From assembly GCA_022510865.1 (NCBI GenBank), contig JAFLSQ010000004.1, positions 28,539 to 92,538 on the forward strand: a stretch of 64,000 nucleotides of DNA, in the 5' to 3' direction. The notes under the pieces were generated by a model. The model searched no databases. It was not told the DNA's origin and saw only the letters and a program-made list of their open reading frames with translations. How positions within the stretch are numbered: position 1 is the first letter of the stretch; every line of letters starts with the position of its first letter. Source of the stretch: Treponema sp. Lineage in GTDB: Bacteria; Spirochaetota; Spirochaetia; Treponematales; Treponemataceae. Position numbers and translations under genes: made by a program. Shown here one piece after another: positions 46,968 to 54,945 of the stretch.

Positions 46968-49900
46968 ATGTGGGGTAAAATAAAAGATATGCCAGGCTTA
47001 AGTCAGTTAAAAGAATTCAGTAGAGATCTCCTTTCCTTGGGCAACGAGGTCACGCTCCGTGCGGCCCGCGGTGAGAAACCTGTGCAGGTGGACATTCCGT
47101 CCACAATTGCCGATGTTGACGACTCTGACGATTTTGTTCTTGGAATTCCAGAGAAAAATTCCGCCGGAAATCAGGAGACTGCTGAGAATGATTTGTCTGG
47201 CCTGGCCGGGATTGCCTCTGTCGTTGCCGCAAAAAAATCGGATTCAGATGACAATGCGTCCGCTTTTGACGCGCCTGATATGTCCGCCCTGCTCGCGCCA
47301 ATGGGCGGCGATTTTGATGATGACCTGCCCGACTTCTCCATGTTCGAGGATGATTCCGATGCCGCGCCCGAAAACGCTGACGGGAGCGAGGCTGCTCCGC
47401 CTGCGGATCAGGGCCTTGAGGCTCTGCTGGACGGGGATATTTTTGACGACCCGGCGCAAAATCCCGCTGATGACCTGCCTGATTTCCCTGACCCCGACAC
47501 CCCGGGCGCGCCATCAGAGGACGGCGCTCAGGACAATCTGCCTGACATCGGCTCGCTCTCAATGGACAATTTTCCCGAGATGGAGGAGCTTCCGGATTTG
47601 AGCGATATGCCAGATGATGACTTTCCAAAAATGGAGGATTTCCCGGATCTCGCCGCCATCTCACAGGCCGACGTGCTCCCGGAGGCGGATGAGCCGGACG
47701 ACGCTTCGCCACAGGAAAATCCTTCTGAGACAGAAAGCCTGCCGGAAACAGACGATTTTTCCGCCGACTCCCTCCCGGATATTGATTCATTCGGGGGCGC
47801 AGAGCCATCAGATGAAGAGAGCGCGGAGACTCTGCCTGATTTAGGCGACCTTGACGGCCTTGACAATTTTTCTGACGCTCAGGATTCTTCCGGCGAGCAA
47901 CAGACCCCGGCGGAAGAAGAGCCTGCCTCTGAGGAGGATGCGCCGCAGCGCGACGAAGAGACTCCCAGCGCGGATGATTTCTCCGCCGACTCCCTGCCCG
48001 ACATAGACGGGCTTTCTGAAACAGACGATTTCTCGGCGGACACTTTGCCCGACCTTGATGCTGTCGCGGAAGCCGCAGATTTTTCCGGCGAGGACGCCGT
48101 GGCATCAGAGGTGGTCTCTGCGGAGGAGGGTGCGCCTGAGCCAGACGAGGCTTCCGAGCCGCAGAGCGAACGTTCGGTCACATCGCTAAAGTCTGATGAT
48201 GAGCCATCGGAATTTGACGATATTCTCAGCAACATCGAGGAAGTTGATATTCAGACCCCGCCTCCGTCAAAATCATCCGATTCTGCCGTTGCGAGCGACG
48301 AGCCGAGCCTTGACACTTTCGGAATCGACGAGTACGGCTACGATGATTTTGATTACAACGCCGTGCACATCCCCGACGAGGAAGAGAAAGCCGCTATGGA
48401 GGCCGCCGGCAAAGACGATGACAGCGCGGACGCTCCTGAAAGTGATGATTCAGACTTTGAGTTGCCGGAAGACGATCAGGAATCCGATGATAATGCGGAC
48501 AGCCCCGACACAGACACCCCCGATTCTGCGGAAGATTCCGGCGAGACCACCGATATTTTTGCCGATGCCCTGCCAGACATCGAGGACGCGGATTTTTCTG
48601 CCCCGGATTCAGAGAGCGATGACATCGAGGACGCGGCTGATGAGCCCGCAGATTTTGACCTTCCTGACATTGATGAGGCAAGCCTTGATTCCGCGGAGCC
48701 TGGCTTGGAGGATGACGCCGGGCAATCAGATTTTGATATGCCTGATTTTAATGCCGATGACCTGCCCGAGGAAAGTGATGGCGGCGATGACGGCATTGAC
48801 TTGCCGGACACCGATTCCGCCGATTTTGACACCCCGGATTTTGACACGACCGGGCTTGACGACCCTCTGCCGCAGGACGATGCCGCCCAATCTGATGACC
48901 CTGCCGACACTGATTTTGAGCCTGATTCTGAGGCCGGAGACGACAGCCTTGCGGATCTTGCGTCCATAGACTTGGACGACCCCGCCGCAGCTTCTTTTGA
49001 CATTGATGCCACCGAGGAGATTGATGATACCGGCGATGAGGAAGCCAGTCCGGATGATTTTTCTGCCGATGACGCGGGCGGCGAGATTTTCGACACGTCC
49101 GATATGGACAACCTTGACTTTGACATTCCGGACACGGACGAGCAGCTGAACGTGGGCAGTGATTTTGAGCTTGGCGACGGCGATGACTTTGCCATGGAAG
49201 GCGAGTTCGAGATTCCCGGATTTTCTGATGTTGACACCGCGAAAGAGGAGAAAAAATCAAAACCGATTATCGTGGGAAAACCGAAGCGCGGCAAGAACAA
49301 GGATTTGCCCGAGCCTGATTTCTCTGATGCAGAGGCCGGCGACGAGCTTCCGCCGAATACGCTCTCTGATGAGCAGTACAAGACATTCCTTAAAAATCTC
49401 TCTGAGTATCCGCTGAACGTGCGTCTTGCTTTTGAGGATTTAATCGTCAAGGACGAATTCACAGAGGACGCGGAATTTGAGATTATCGAGAAAATCCTGA
49501 ACAAAGCGCCCGCGCGTCAGGTTGCGAGCACTCTGGAAAAAATGCTCGATATTTCAATCCCCGTTCCCCGCGATTTTGAGCACCGCACTGCCGAGGAATA
49601 TGAGGCTTATAAAAAATCGCTGTCGTATCAGCTTAAGAATAAGATTATTCCGGTTGCGCTTATCGGCGCGCTCTCTCTGCTTGTGCTCTGGGGGCTGTTT
49701 AATTTCACGAAAAACTGCATTTACAAGCCGCTCAAAGCGAACGGACTTTACAAGCAGGGCTACGCGCTTTTGGAGGCGGATGAGTATCCCCAGTCCGAGA
49801 TGAAATTCAACGAGGCCGTAAGCTATAGAATCAGCAAGAAATGGTTCTTCGCTTATGCGCGTGGCTACCGTGCGCACAAACAGTATCAGCGTGCGGGAGA

Positions 49901-51329
49901 TATGTATCAGAATATCCTAAGATGTTTCCGCCATGACAAGACGGCGGGCCTTGAGTACGCGGATATGGAGCTGAATGACATGGCGAATTACGAGCGGGCG
50001 GAGGAGATTGTGCGCCGCGAGGTTCTGGACTATCACATAAATGACAAGGACGGAATCCTGATGCTCGGCGATATATTCCTTGAATGGGCGACGGACAAAG
50101 ATCCCTCAAAATTTGAGCTTGCCCGCGAGCAGTATGCCACGTTAATTCAGCTGTACGGGGCGCAGCCGCTTTATCAGTCACGGATGATGCGATATTTTGT
50201 CCGCACGGATAATCTGCGCGAGGTTCTTCAGCTTAAGCCCGAATTTGAGGCGAGCGAAAAGTCTTTGACTTCCGATGACTGGACTGAGCTCAGCGGCTAT
50301 CTGCTTGATAAATATTACGGGCCTCTGGATCCCTCACAGGAATATCTGCGCTATGAGATAGAGGGATTGCGCGGCATTCTTCTTAAGGCGGTGCGGGCCG
50401 ATCCGAGCAATCCTGTCGCATATTATAATCTTGCTAAATATTTCATCAACACGAATGAGGTTGAGGCGGTTGAGTCCACGTTGCAGCGGGCAATCGAGAA
50501 TTTTAACACTGTGTCCTCGATGAAGCGGCGCGATGTCTACAAGTACATAGACTCATACAGGCTTCTGGGCGAGCATTACATCACAACCACAGATTATTTG
50601 CAGGCGCAGGAGCAGTTCGCGGAGGGAATCTCGCTTTTTACGACCGAGCGGGACAACGCGGGCTTTGCGGGCACTCCGGCAATCGGAAAACTTTACGAGG
50701 ATATGGGCAACATCAAGTATTCTGTTTCTGGGGATTATGATGAGGCCCTGCTGAACTACAAATATTCCGTGGAGCTTGAGAATGATACTCCGGGAATCCG
50801 CTACAGAATCGGTTATATCCAGTATAAGAACAAGAATTATCTGGAGGCGCTGGGCGCGTTCATGAAGGCGGGCGACGGAAACATCAAGCAGAGAAATCTG
50901 CAGTTTGCGATGGCGAACACGCTTTTCCTTCGTGGCGATGATTATGCCGCGGAAGGCTATTACAATCAGTTAATCGACAGCCTTGACGCGGAGATTGCCG
51001 AGGAGGGCATCCTGTTCCCGCAGACAAGCACCAACGATTATGATATTGTGAACACTTATCTTTATGCGGCGAACAATTACGGCGTGACGCTCTACCGTCT
51101 TGCAAAACGCACCGGGGACAGCTCGCTGAACGCGCAGTCAATCGTGCAGTTCAGCCAGTCGGTGCGCGCATGGGATGCGCTCACAAGGAATCAGGAGACT
51201 TTGGTGCGCCTGCCCGGAAGCAATCTTGCGGAGCAGAACATCAAGTACATCACAAATCCTATTCCGGAATTTGAGCCGTCAATCTATCTTGACATCCCTA
51301 AGACGCTCCTTGACAACGAGCGGCTGTAA
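46968..51329 (+). CDS. Giant membrane-anchored protein: hyper-acidic repeat region, one TM helix, TPR-like C-terminal domain
   Basis: 1478-codon ORF from 46893. Start placed at ATG 46968, 7 nt after a TATAAT (46893 and 46989 are alternatives). Asp/Glu/Pro-rich for about 890 aa. TM at nt 49644-49706. The C-terminal 540 aa is made of helical repeats. Confidence 0.75.
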   Translation: MWGKIKDMPGLSQLKEFSRDLLSLGNEVTLRAARGEKPVQVDIPSTIADVDDSDDFVLGIPEKNSAGNQETAENDLSGLAGIASVVAAKKSDSDDNASAFDAPDMSALLAPMGGDFDDDLPDFSMFEDDSDAAPENADGSEAAPPADQGLEALLDGDIFDDPAQNPADDLPDFPDPDTPGAPSEDGAQDNLPDIGSLSMDNFPEMEELPDLSDMPDDDFPKMEDFPDLAAISQADVLPEADEPDDASPQENPSETESLPETDDFSADSLPDIDSFGGAEPSDEESAETLPDLGDLDGLDNFSDAQDSSGEQQTPAEEEPASEEDAPQRDEETPSADDFSADSLPDIDGLSETDDFSADTLPDLDAVAEAADFSGEDAVASEVVSAEEGAPEPDEASEPQSERSVTSLKSDDEPSEFDDILSNIEEVDIQTPPPSKSSDSAVASDEPSLDTFGIDEYGYDDFDYNAVHIPDEEEKAAMEAAGKDDDSADAPESDDSDFELPEDDQESDDNADSPDTDTPDSAEDSGETTDIFADALPDIEDADFSAPDSESDDIEDAADEPADFDLPDIDEASLDSAEPGLEDDAGQSDFDMPDFNADDLPEESDGGDDGIDLPDTDSADFDTPDFDTTGLDDPLPQDDAAQSDDPADTDFEPDSEAGDDSLADLASIDLDDPAAASFDIDATEEIDDTGDEEASPDDFSADDAGGEIFDTSDMDNLDFDIPDTDEQLNVGSDFELGDGDDFAMEGEFEIPGFSDVDTAKEEKKSKPIIVGKPKRGKNKDLPEPDFSDAEAGDELPPNTLSDEQYKTFLKNLSEYPLNVRLAFEDLIVKDEFTEDAEFEIIEKILNKAPARQVASTLEKMLDISIPVPRDFEHRTAEEYEAYKKSLSYQLKNKIIPVALIGALSLLVLWGLFNFTKNCIYKPLKANGLYKQGYALLEADEYPQSEMKFNEAVSYRISKKWFFAYARGYRAHKQYQRAGDMYQNILRCFRHDKTAGLEYADMELNDMANYERAEEIVRREVLDYHINDKDGILMLGDIFLEWATDKDPSKFELAREQYATLIQLYGAQPLYQSRMMRYFVRTDNLREVLQLKPEFEASEKSLTSDDWTELSGYLLDKYYGPLDPSQEYLRYEIEGLRGILLKAVRADPSNPVAYYNLAKYFINTNEVEAVESTLQRAIENFNTVSSMKRRDVYKYIDSYRLLGEHYITTTDYLQAQEQFAEGISLFTTERDNAGFAGTPAIGKLYEDMGNIKYSVSGDYDEALLNYKYSVELENDTPGIRYRIGYIQYKNKNYLEALGAFMKAGDGNIKQRNLQFAMANTLFLRGDDYAAEGYYNQLIDSLDAEIAEEGILFPQTSTNDYDIVNTYLYAANNYGVTLYRLAKRTGDSSLNAQSIVQFSQSVRAWDALTRNQETLVRLPGSNLAEQNIKYITNPIPEFEPSIYLDIPKTLLDNERL
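47751..48059 (+). repeat. Three near-identical 36-nt coding repeats (DDFSAD[ST]LPD[IL]D) within the acidic region of the giant protein
   Basis: Copies at 47751-47786, 47973-48008 and 48024-48059, all in frame. They sit within a much longer degenerate (D/E)-x-(L/F)-P-D-(I/L/F) periodic region (about 47100-49250). Confidence 0.8.
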
Positions 51330-51341
51330 ATTGAGGGCATT

Positions 51342-51962
51342 ATGCAGAGCATGAACAACGATGTGATGTACGGTATTGTCGCCCGTCAGAGGCTGAACAG
51401 TATCCTGAAAGAGATTTTCAGAAAATCCATACACATCTGCTCAAGTCTCGTGCCGGTTTTCCTGCGGATTGCCTGCCGCCCCGTGATTTTCACGCTGCTC
51501 TCGCTGGTAATTTTTTACTCGCTCTCAGAGCTTCTGCGGCTCAAAGGTCATCCGCTGCCTGTAATCTCAAAAATAACGGAGATGGCGGCGCGTAAGCGCG
51601 ATGAGAACCGCTTTGTGCTCGGGCCTGTGACGCTTGTGGCCGGCATTCTGATTGCCGCCGTTTTTCTGCCGATTGAGTGCGCCACAGTCGGGATTTTCGC
51701 GCTTGCATTCGGTGACGGAACCGCGAGCCTTGTCGGAAAGCTCATCGGGCGTGTCGCGATTCCAGGCGCGCATGGAAAGACCGTCGCTGGAAGCCTCGCG
51801 TGCTTTACCGCGGTCTATGTCTCAACTTTCTGCGTGTGCGCGTCCTGCCTCACATCCCTTGTGTGCGCCCTTTGCGCCATGATGATAGAGATGCTTCCAC
51901 TCGCGGATTTTGATAATCTGATTATTCCGTTCGCAATCGGCGGAATATTTTTCCTGATGTGA
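51342..51962 (+). CDS. Polyprenol (dolichol/phytol) kinase-like / CDP-alcohol family membrane protein
   Basis: About 6 TM helices. N-terminal FRKSIH and the central FALAFGDGTASLVGKLIG resemble the CTP-dependent polyprenol kinase family. GAGGG RBS. Confidence 0.45.
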   Translation: MQSMNNDVMYGIVARQRLNSILKEIFRKSIHICSSLVPVFLRIACRPVIFTLLSLVIFYSLSELLRLKGHPLPVISKITEMAARKRDENRFVLGPVTLVAGILIAAVFLPIECATVGIFALAFGDGTASLVGKLIGRVAIPGAHGKTVAGSLACFTAVYVSTFCVCASCLTSLVCALCAMMIEMLPLADFDNLIIPFAIGGIFFLM

Positions 51963-51971
51963 GGACGGCCG

Positions 51972-52784
51972 CTAGTCAATCCAAAGATAGTGCTGGTGCA
52001 GTTTTACAAGATAAATGACTGTCCCCGCGCTCAGAATCATCACGCCGGATGCAAGCCCCGCGATGCTGGACGCGCTGAACAGAATGTTGTAGCCGATGAT
52101 AATCATCAGAAATCCCGCTGTGTTTATCTGGCTGAAACTGTCTTTTTTGTTGCGGATAAAAAGTGTCAGCACGGAGGCGATGTACAGGACCATGGAGAAT
52201 CCGTGCACCATTTTTCCAAAGCCGTATGATATGCACAGGTTCGGCCCGATTATCGCTGTGTTCACCGGCAGGAAAACCGCGAAAAACACCGCGACCAGAA
52301 TGCAGATGATGCAGTTCTGCTCGGTCTGCTGGCGGAATTCCTCTTCGCAGAACGCTGTGAGCGCAAAAAGCGAGATTGGCGCAAGAAGCCGCGCGGCAAG
52401 CGTCAGGTTTCCGATGTGAATGAGCGTATAAGAGAAGTTTTCTGAAATCCCGCGGACGGGAACATAAATCCGTGATGTGTCAAAAAGCAGGGAGGTGAGG
52501 AAAACGAGGAAAAAAAAGACTTCCGTCGCCTGGGTTTTCTCAAAAGTCCGCAGGAGGATGAATGATACAGCCACCACATAAATGTTGATTGCGAGAACCG
52601 AGGCAATCACGCTCCAAAAATCATAGCGCAGGAGCGGAAAACTTGATTTTGAGATTACGTCCGATGGAACCGCGATGTTGCCCGCAATGAAATTGTACAG
52701 AAAAAACGCTGTGTTGACCGCGAGAATTACAAGCGCGATGATGAAAAAAAAGAAATTAACCCTGTTCCTTAATCTGATTGTCAT
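51972..52784 (-). CDS. Multi-pass membrane protein of unknown function
   Basis: 270 aa with about 7-8 hydrophobic helices and no recognisable motif. Convergent with the upstream gene, 9 nt apart. Confidence 0.5.
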   Translation of the reverse strand: MTIRLRNRVNFFFFIIALVILAVNTAFFLYNFIAGNIAVPSDVISKSSFPLLRYDFWSVIASVLAINIYVVAVSFILLRTFEKTQATEVFFFLVFLTSLLFDTSRIYVPVRGISENFSYTLIHIGNLTLAARLLAPISLFALTAFCEEEFRQQTEQNCIICILVAVFFAVFLPVNTAIIGPNLCISYGFGKMVHGFSMVLYIASVLTLFIRNKKDSFSQINTAGFLMIIIGYNILFSASSIAGLASGVMILSAGTVIYLVKLHQHYLWID

Positions 52785-52882
52785 GCCTCAAAGATAACGC
52801 TTAGGCAAATAATAGTAAAGTGTTTGGCAAAAAATCCGAAAATCAAATAACAGTTTGTGAGTTTTATTGCATGGGAGGAAAT

Positions 52883-53584
52883 ATGAAACATAAATTTGCT
52901 TGCAGCCTGATTTCTGCCTGCCTGTTCGCGGCAATATCTGCCGGAGATGTCGCGTCTTTTGTGGACAGGGGCTTCACCGAGGACGGAAAATATTATGTTT
53001 TCGGGCAGTTCGGAAAGACAGACAAGAAATTCCAGGGATGGGCAGAGATTTATCAGGTTGATGTGGCCAGAAACGAGTATGTTGACGGCGGCGTTTTCAG
53101 GACACAGCCGTCTGCCGTGACTTCCGGCAAAAACGGTCGCGAGGTTTACGAGGCTCTTGAGTCAAAAAGTTTCTATTATTTTGATAAAATCAAATGCGAG
53201 CCTGCGGATGCCGAGCATGTGCTTTATATTCTGGATGATGTGAACAAGACCGGAAGCGATGAGATTGTCTTCACGGATTTTAAATCCGAGATTGAGAACC
53301 CGGACACTTATCATATTCAGCTTGTGCAGTCGGTGAGCGGAAGCGGCAAGAAATCATCGTCATCGTTTTATATTGATGTCGAGAAGCGCGACGGAAGCGG
53401 CAACGTCATCCTCAGAAAAAAAGTCGGCTCTCCGAACATCGTGCGAAAAGGCGTCTATAATTACAAAATCGAGCGGATTGTCTGCGACAAGTCCGAGCGG
53501 AGCTTCATTTTTGTGATTGAGAAAATGATGGAGGATGATTCGGGCGTGAACGTCAGATACATGGTCGAGGCGGCGAGGTTTTAA
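52883..53584 (+). CDS. Secreted protein of unknown function
   Basis: Signal peptide MKHKFACSLISACLFAAISA. GGGAGG RBS before ATG 52883. Hairpin terminator downstream. Confidence 0.6.
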   Translation: MKHKFACSLISACLFAAISAGDVASFVDRGFTEDGKYYVFGQFGKTDKKFQGWAEIYQVDVARNEYVDGGVFRTQPSAVTSGKNGREVYEALESKSFYYFDKIKCEPADAEHVLYILDDVNKTGSDEIVFTDFKSEIENPDTYHIQLVQSVSGSGKKSSSSFYIDVEKRDGSGNVILRKKVGSPNIVRKGVYNYKIERIVCDKSERSFIFVIEKMMEDDSGVNVRYMVEAARF

Positions 53585-53680
53585 AAATCACAGATTTTTT
53601 AAATCAGAGATTTAATCAAAAATTTTTGCAGAAAAATCGGTAAAAATGAAAAAAATCCGTCCATTATATAAGTGAGGCAA

Positions 53681-53711
53681 AAAAAACACGGTCAGGCGAC
53701 CGTGTTTTTTT
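53681..53711 (+). terminator. Rho-independent terminator
   Basis: A-run, then CACGGTC-aggc-GACCGTG, followed by T7. Confidence 0.7.
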
Positions 53712-53727
53712 ATGCCCAGGAGGTTTT

Positions 53728-54888
53728 ATGAAAAATATCAGACGGATTTTCCTGCCTGAGACTGCGCGGAGGCTTGCCCAGATTTTTGCGCTCGCCGGCA
53801 TCGTCGTGTTTTCGGCGGTTCCTTTTTCGTGCCAGCTTACGGAGGAAGGTGTTCAGCTTGTCGGCGGGGATTTCTCCGCCCCGGTTCTGGAGAATCTGAC
53901 GGTTCTGGACAGCACGACGCTGCGGCTCAGTTTCTCTGAGCCTGTGCATTTGCGCGGGATTGTCGTCTCGCCGCACATCCCGGAAATCTCGGATGCTGAC
54001 CTTGTGTCCTACAATCAGGGCCTTGCGCCTTCACTTGCGGCCGCCACGGGTGAGTACGGCAGCATCGATGTCGAGGCGCGTGCCGATGAGGACGGGAAGA
54101 ACTTCACTCTGACTATGGGTCAGGCTACCGAAGTCGGCAAAAGTTATGAGGTCTACGGGATTGCCGAGGACGAGGTTGGCAACTCACTGACTTTCTGCAT
54201 TCCGTTCATCGGGTACAACAGCATGGTTCCAAGAGTGATTATCACGGAGCTGCAGGTTAAGTACGCGAAAGGAAGTTCGCAGGGCAACACAATTTACCGC
54301 GGAGAATACGTGGAATTCCTTGCGCTTGAAGACGGAAATCTTGCCGGTCTTGTTCTGGAGAGCGCGTCGGACGGTCGCGGCAAGGATTACCGTTTCCCTG
54401 CCATTGAGGTGAGTAAGGGCGAGGTTTTTCTGGTTCATCTCAGGACAGTCGGCGAGGACTGTGTGAATGAGGATGGCGATGACCTGAGCCTTGCGACTGC
54501 GCCCCACAGCGCGGATGGAATCCGGGATTTGTGGTCTGACAACACGACTGCAAGGCTGCATGACTCTGCCGATGTCATCATCCTGCGTGATACAGTGCAC
54601 GGAGTTGTCATGGATGCGGTCATGTATGCCGCGCCTGACTCAACGGAATGGAAGTCTGCGGTCGGTGAGTATGCCATTGAAGCGTCTCTTTCAGGTGTGT
54701 ATGCGTCAAGCCAAATCAGCTCGGCATCAAGCTCAACAGGATTGACCCCCTTGAGATCGCTTACCAGAACCAACGCCGCTGAAATCCGTGATTTTGTGAT
54801 GGCGGACTCCGGCGGTGACTGGGATTTTCCGTTCAAGTCTGATGAGGGCACATGGGTTGTGGAGGCGTGCACCCCCGGAACTCTGTAA
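53728..54888 (+). CDS. Lipoprotein with a lamin-tail-domain-like (LTD) beta-sandwich
   Basis: Lipobox PFSC. RVIITELQ...GEYVEFLALEDGNLAGLVLES resembles the LTD signature (INE..., EFVEL.N, L.G..L). AGGAGG RBS. Confidence 0.55.
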   Translation: MKNIRRIFLPETARRLAQIFALAGIVVFSAVPFSCQLTEEGVQLVGGDFSAPVLENLTVLDSTTLRLSFSEPVHLRGIVVSPHIPEISDADLVSYNQGLAPSLAAATGEYGSIDVEARADEDGKNFTLTMGQATEVGKSYEVYGIAEDEVGNSLTFCIPFIGYNSMVPRVIITELQVKYAKGSSQGNTIYRGEYVEFLALEDGNLAGLVLESASDGRGKDYRFPAIEVSKGEVFLVHLRTVGEDCVNEDGDDLSLATAPHSADGIRDLWSDNTTARLHDSADVIILRDTVHGVVMDAVMYAAPDSTEWKSAVGEYAIEASLSGVYASSQISSASSSTGLTPLRSLTRTNAAEIRDFVMADSGGDWDFPFKSDEGTWVVEACTPGTL

Positions 54889-54895
54889 TCACTAT

Positions 54896-54929
54896 AGCGC
54901 GGTTGCAAGGTTGTACCGCGCTTTTTTTT
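54896..54929 (+). terminator. Rho-independent terminator after the LTD lipoprotein gene
   Basis: AGCGCGGT-N11-ACCGCGCT followed by T8. Confidence 0.7.
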
Positions 54930-54930
54930 A

Positions 54931-54939
54931 TGTTATGAT
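54931..54939 (+). promoter_or_regulatory. Extended -10 promoter abutting the U32 start codon
   Basis: TGtTATGAT, then 6 nt (tgcctc), then ATG 54946. It sits directly after a terminator T-run. No Shine-Dalgarno. Confidence 0.4.
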
Positions 54940-54945
54940 TGCCTC

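Noticed and set aside
47050-49504. Long ORFs on other frames and the opposite strand inside the giant acidic gene (47050-48105 minus, 351 aa; 48476-49504 minus, 342 aa; 48196-48969 plus, 257 aa; 48748-49260 minus).
   Set aside because: They lie entirely within the GA/GC-rich low-complexity repeat DNA, which lacks stop codons in several frames. Their products are Arg/Pro/Ser homopolymer-like. The sense frame continues into a well-formed TM plus TPR domain.
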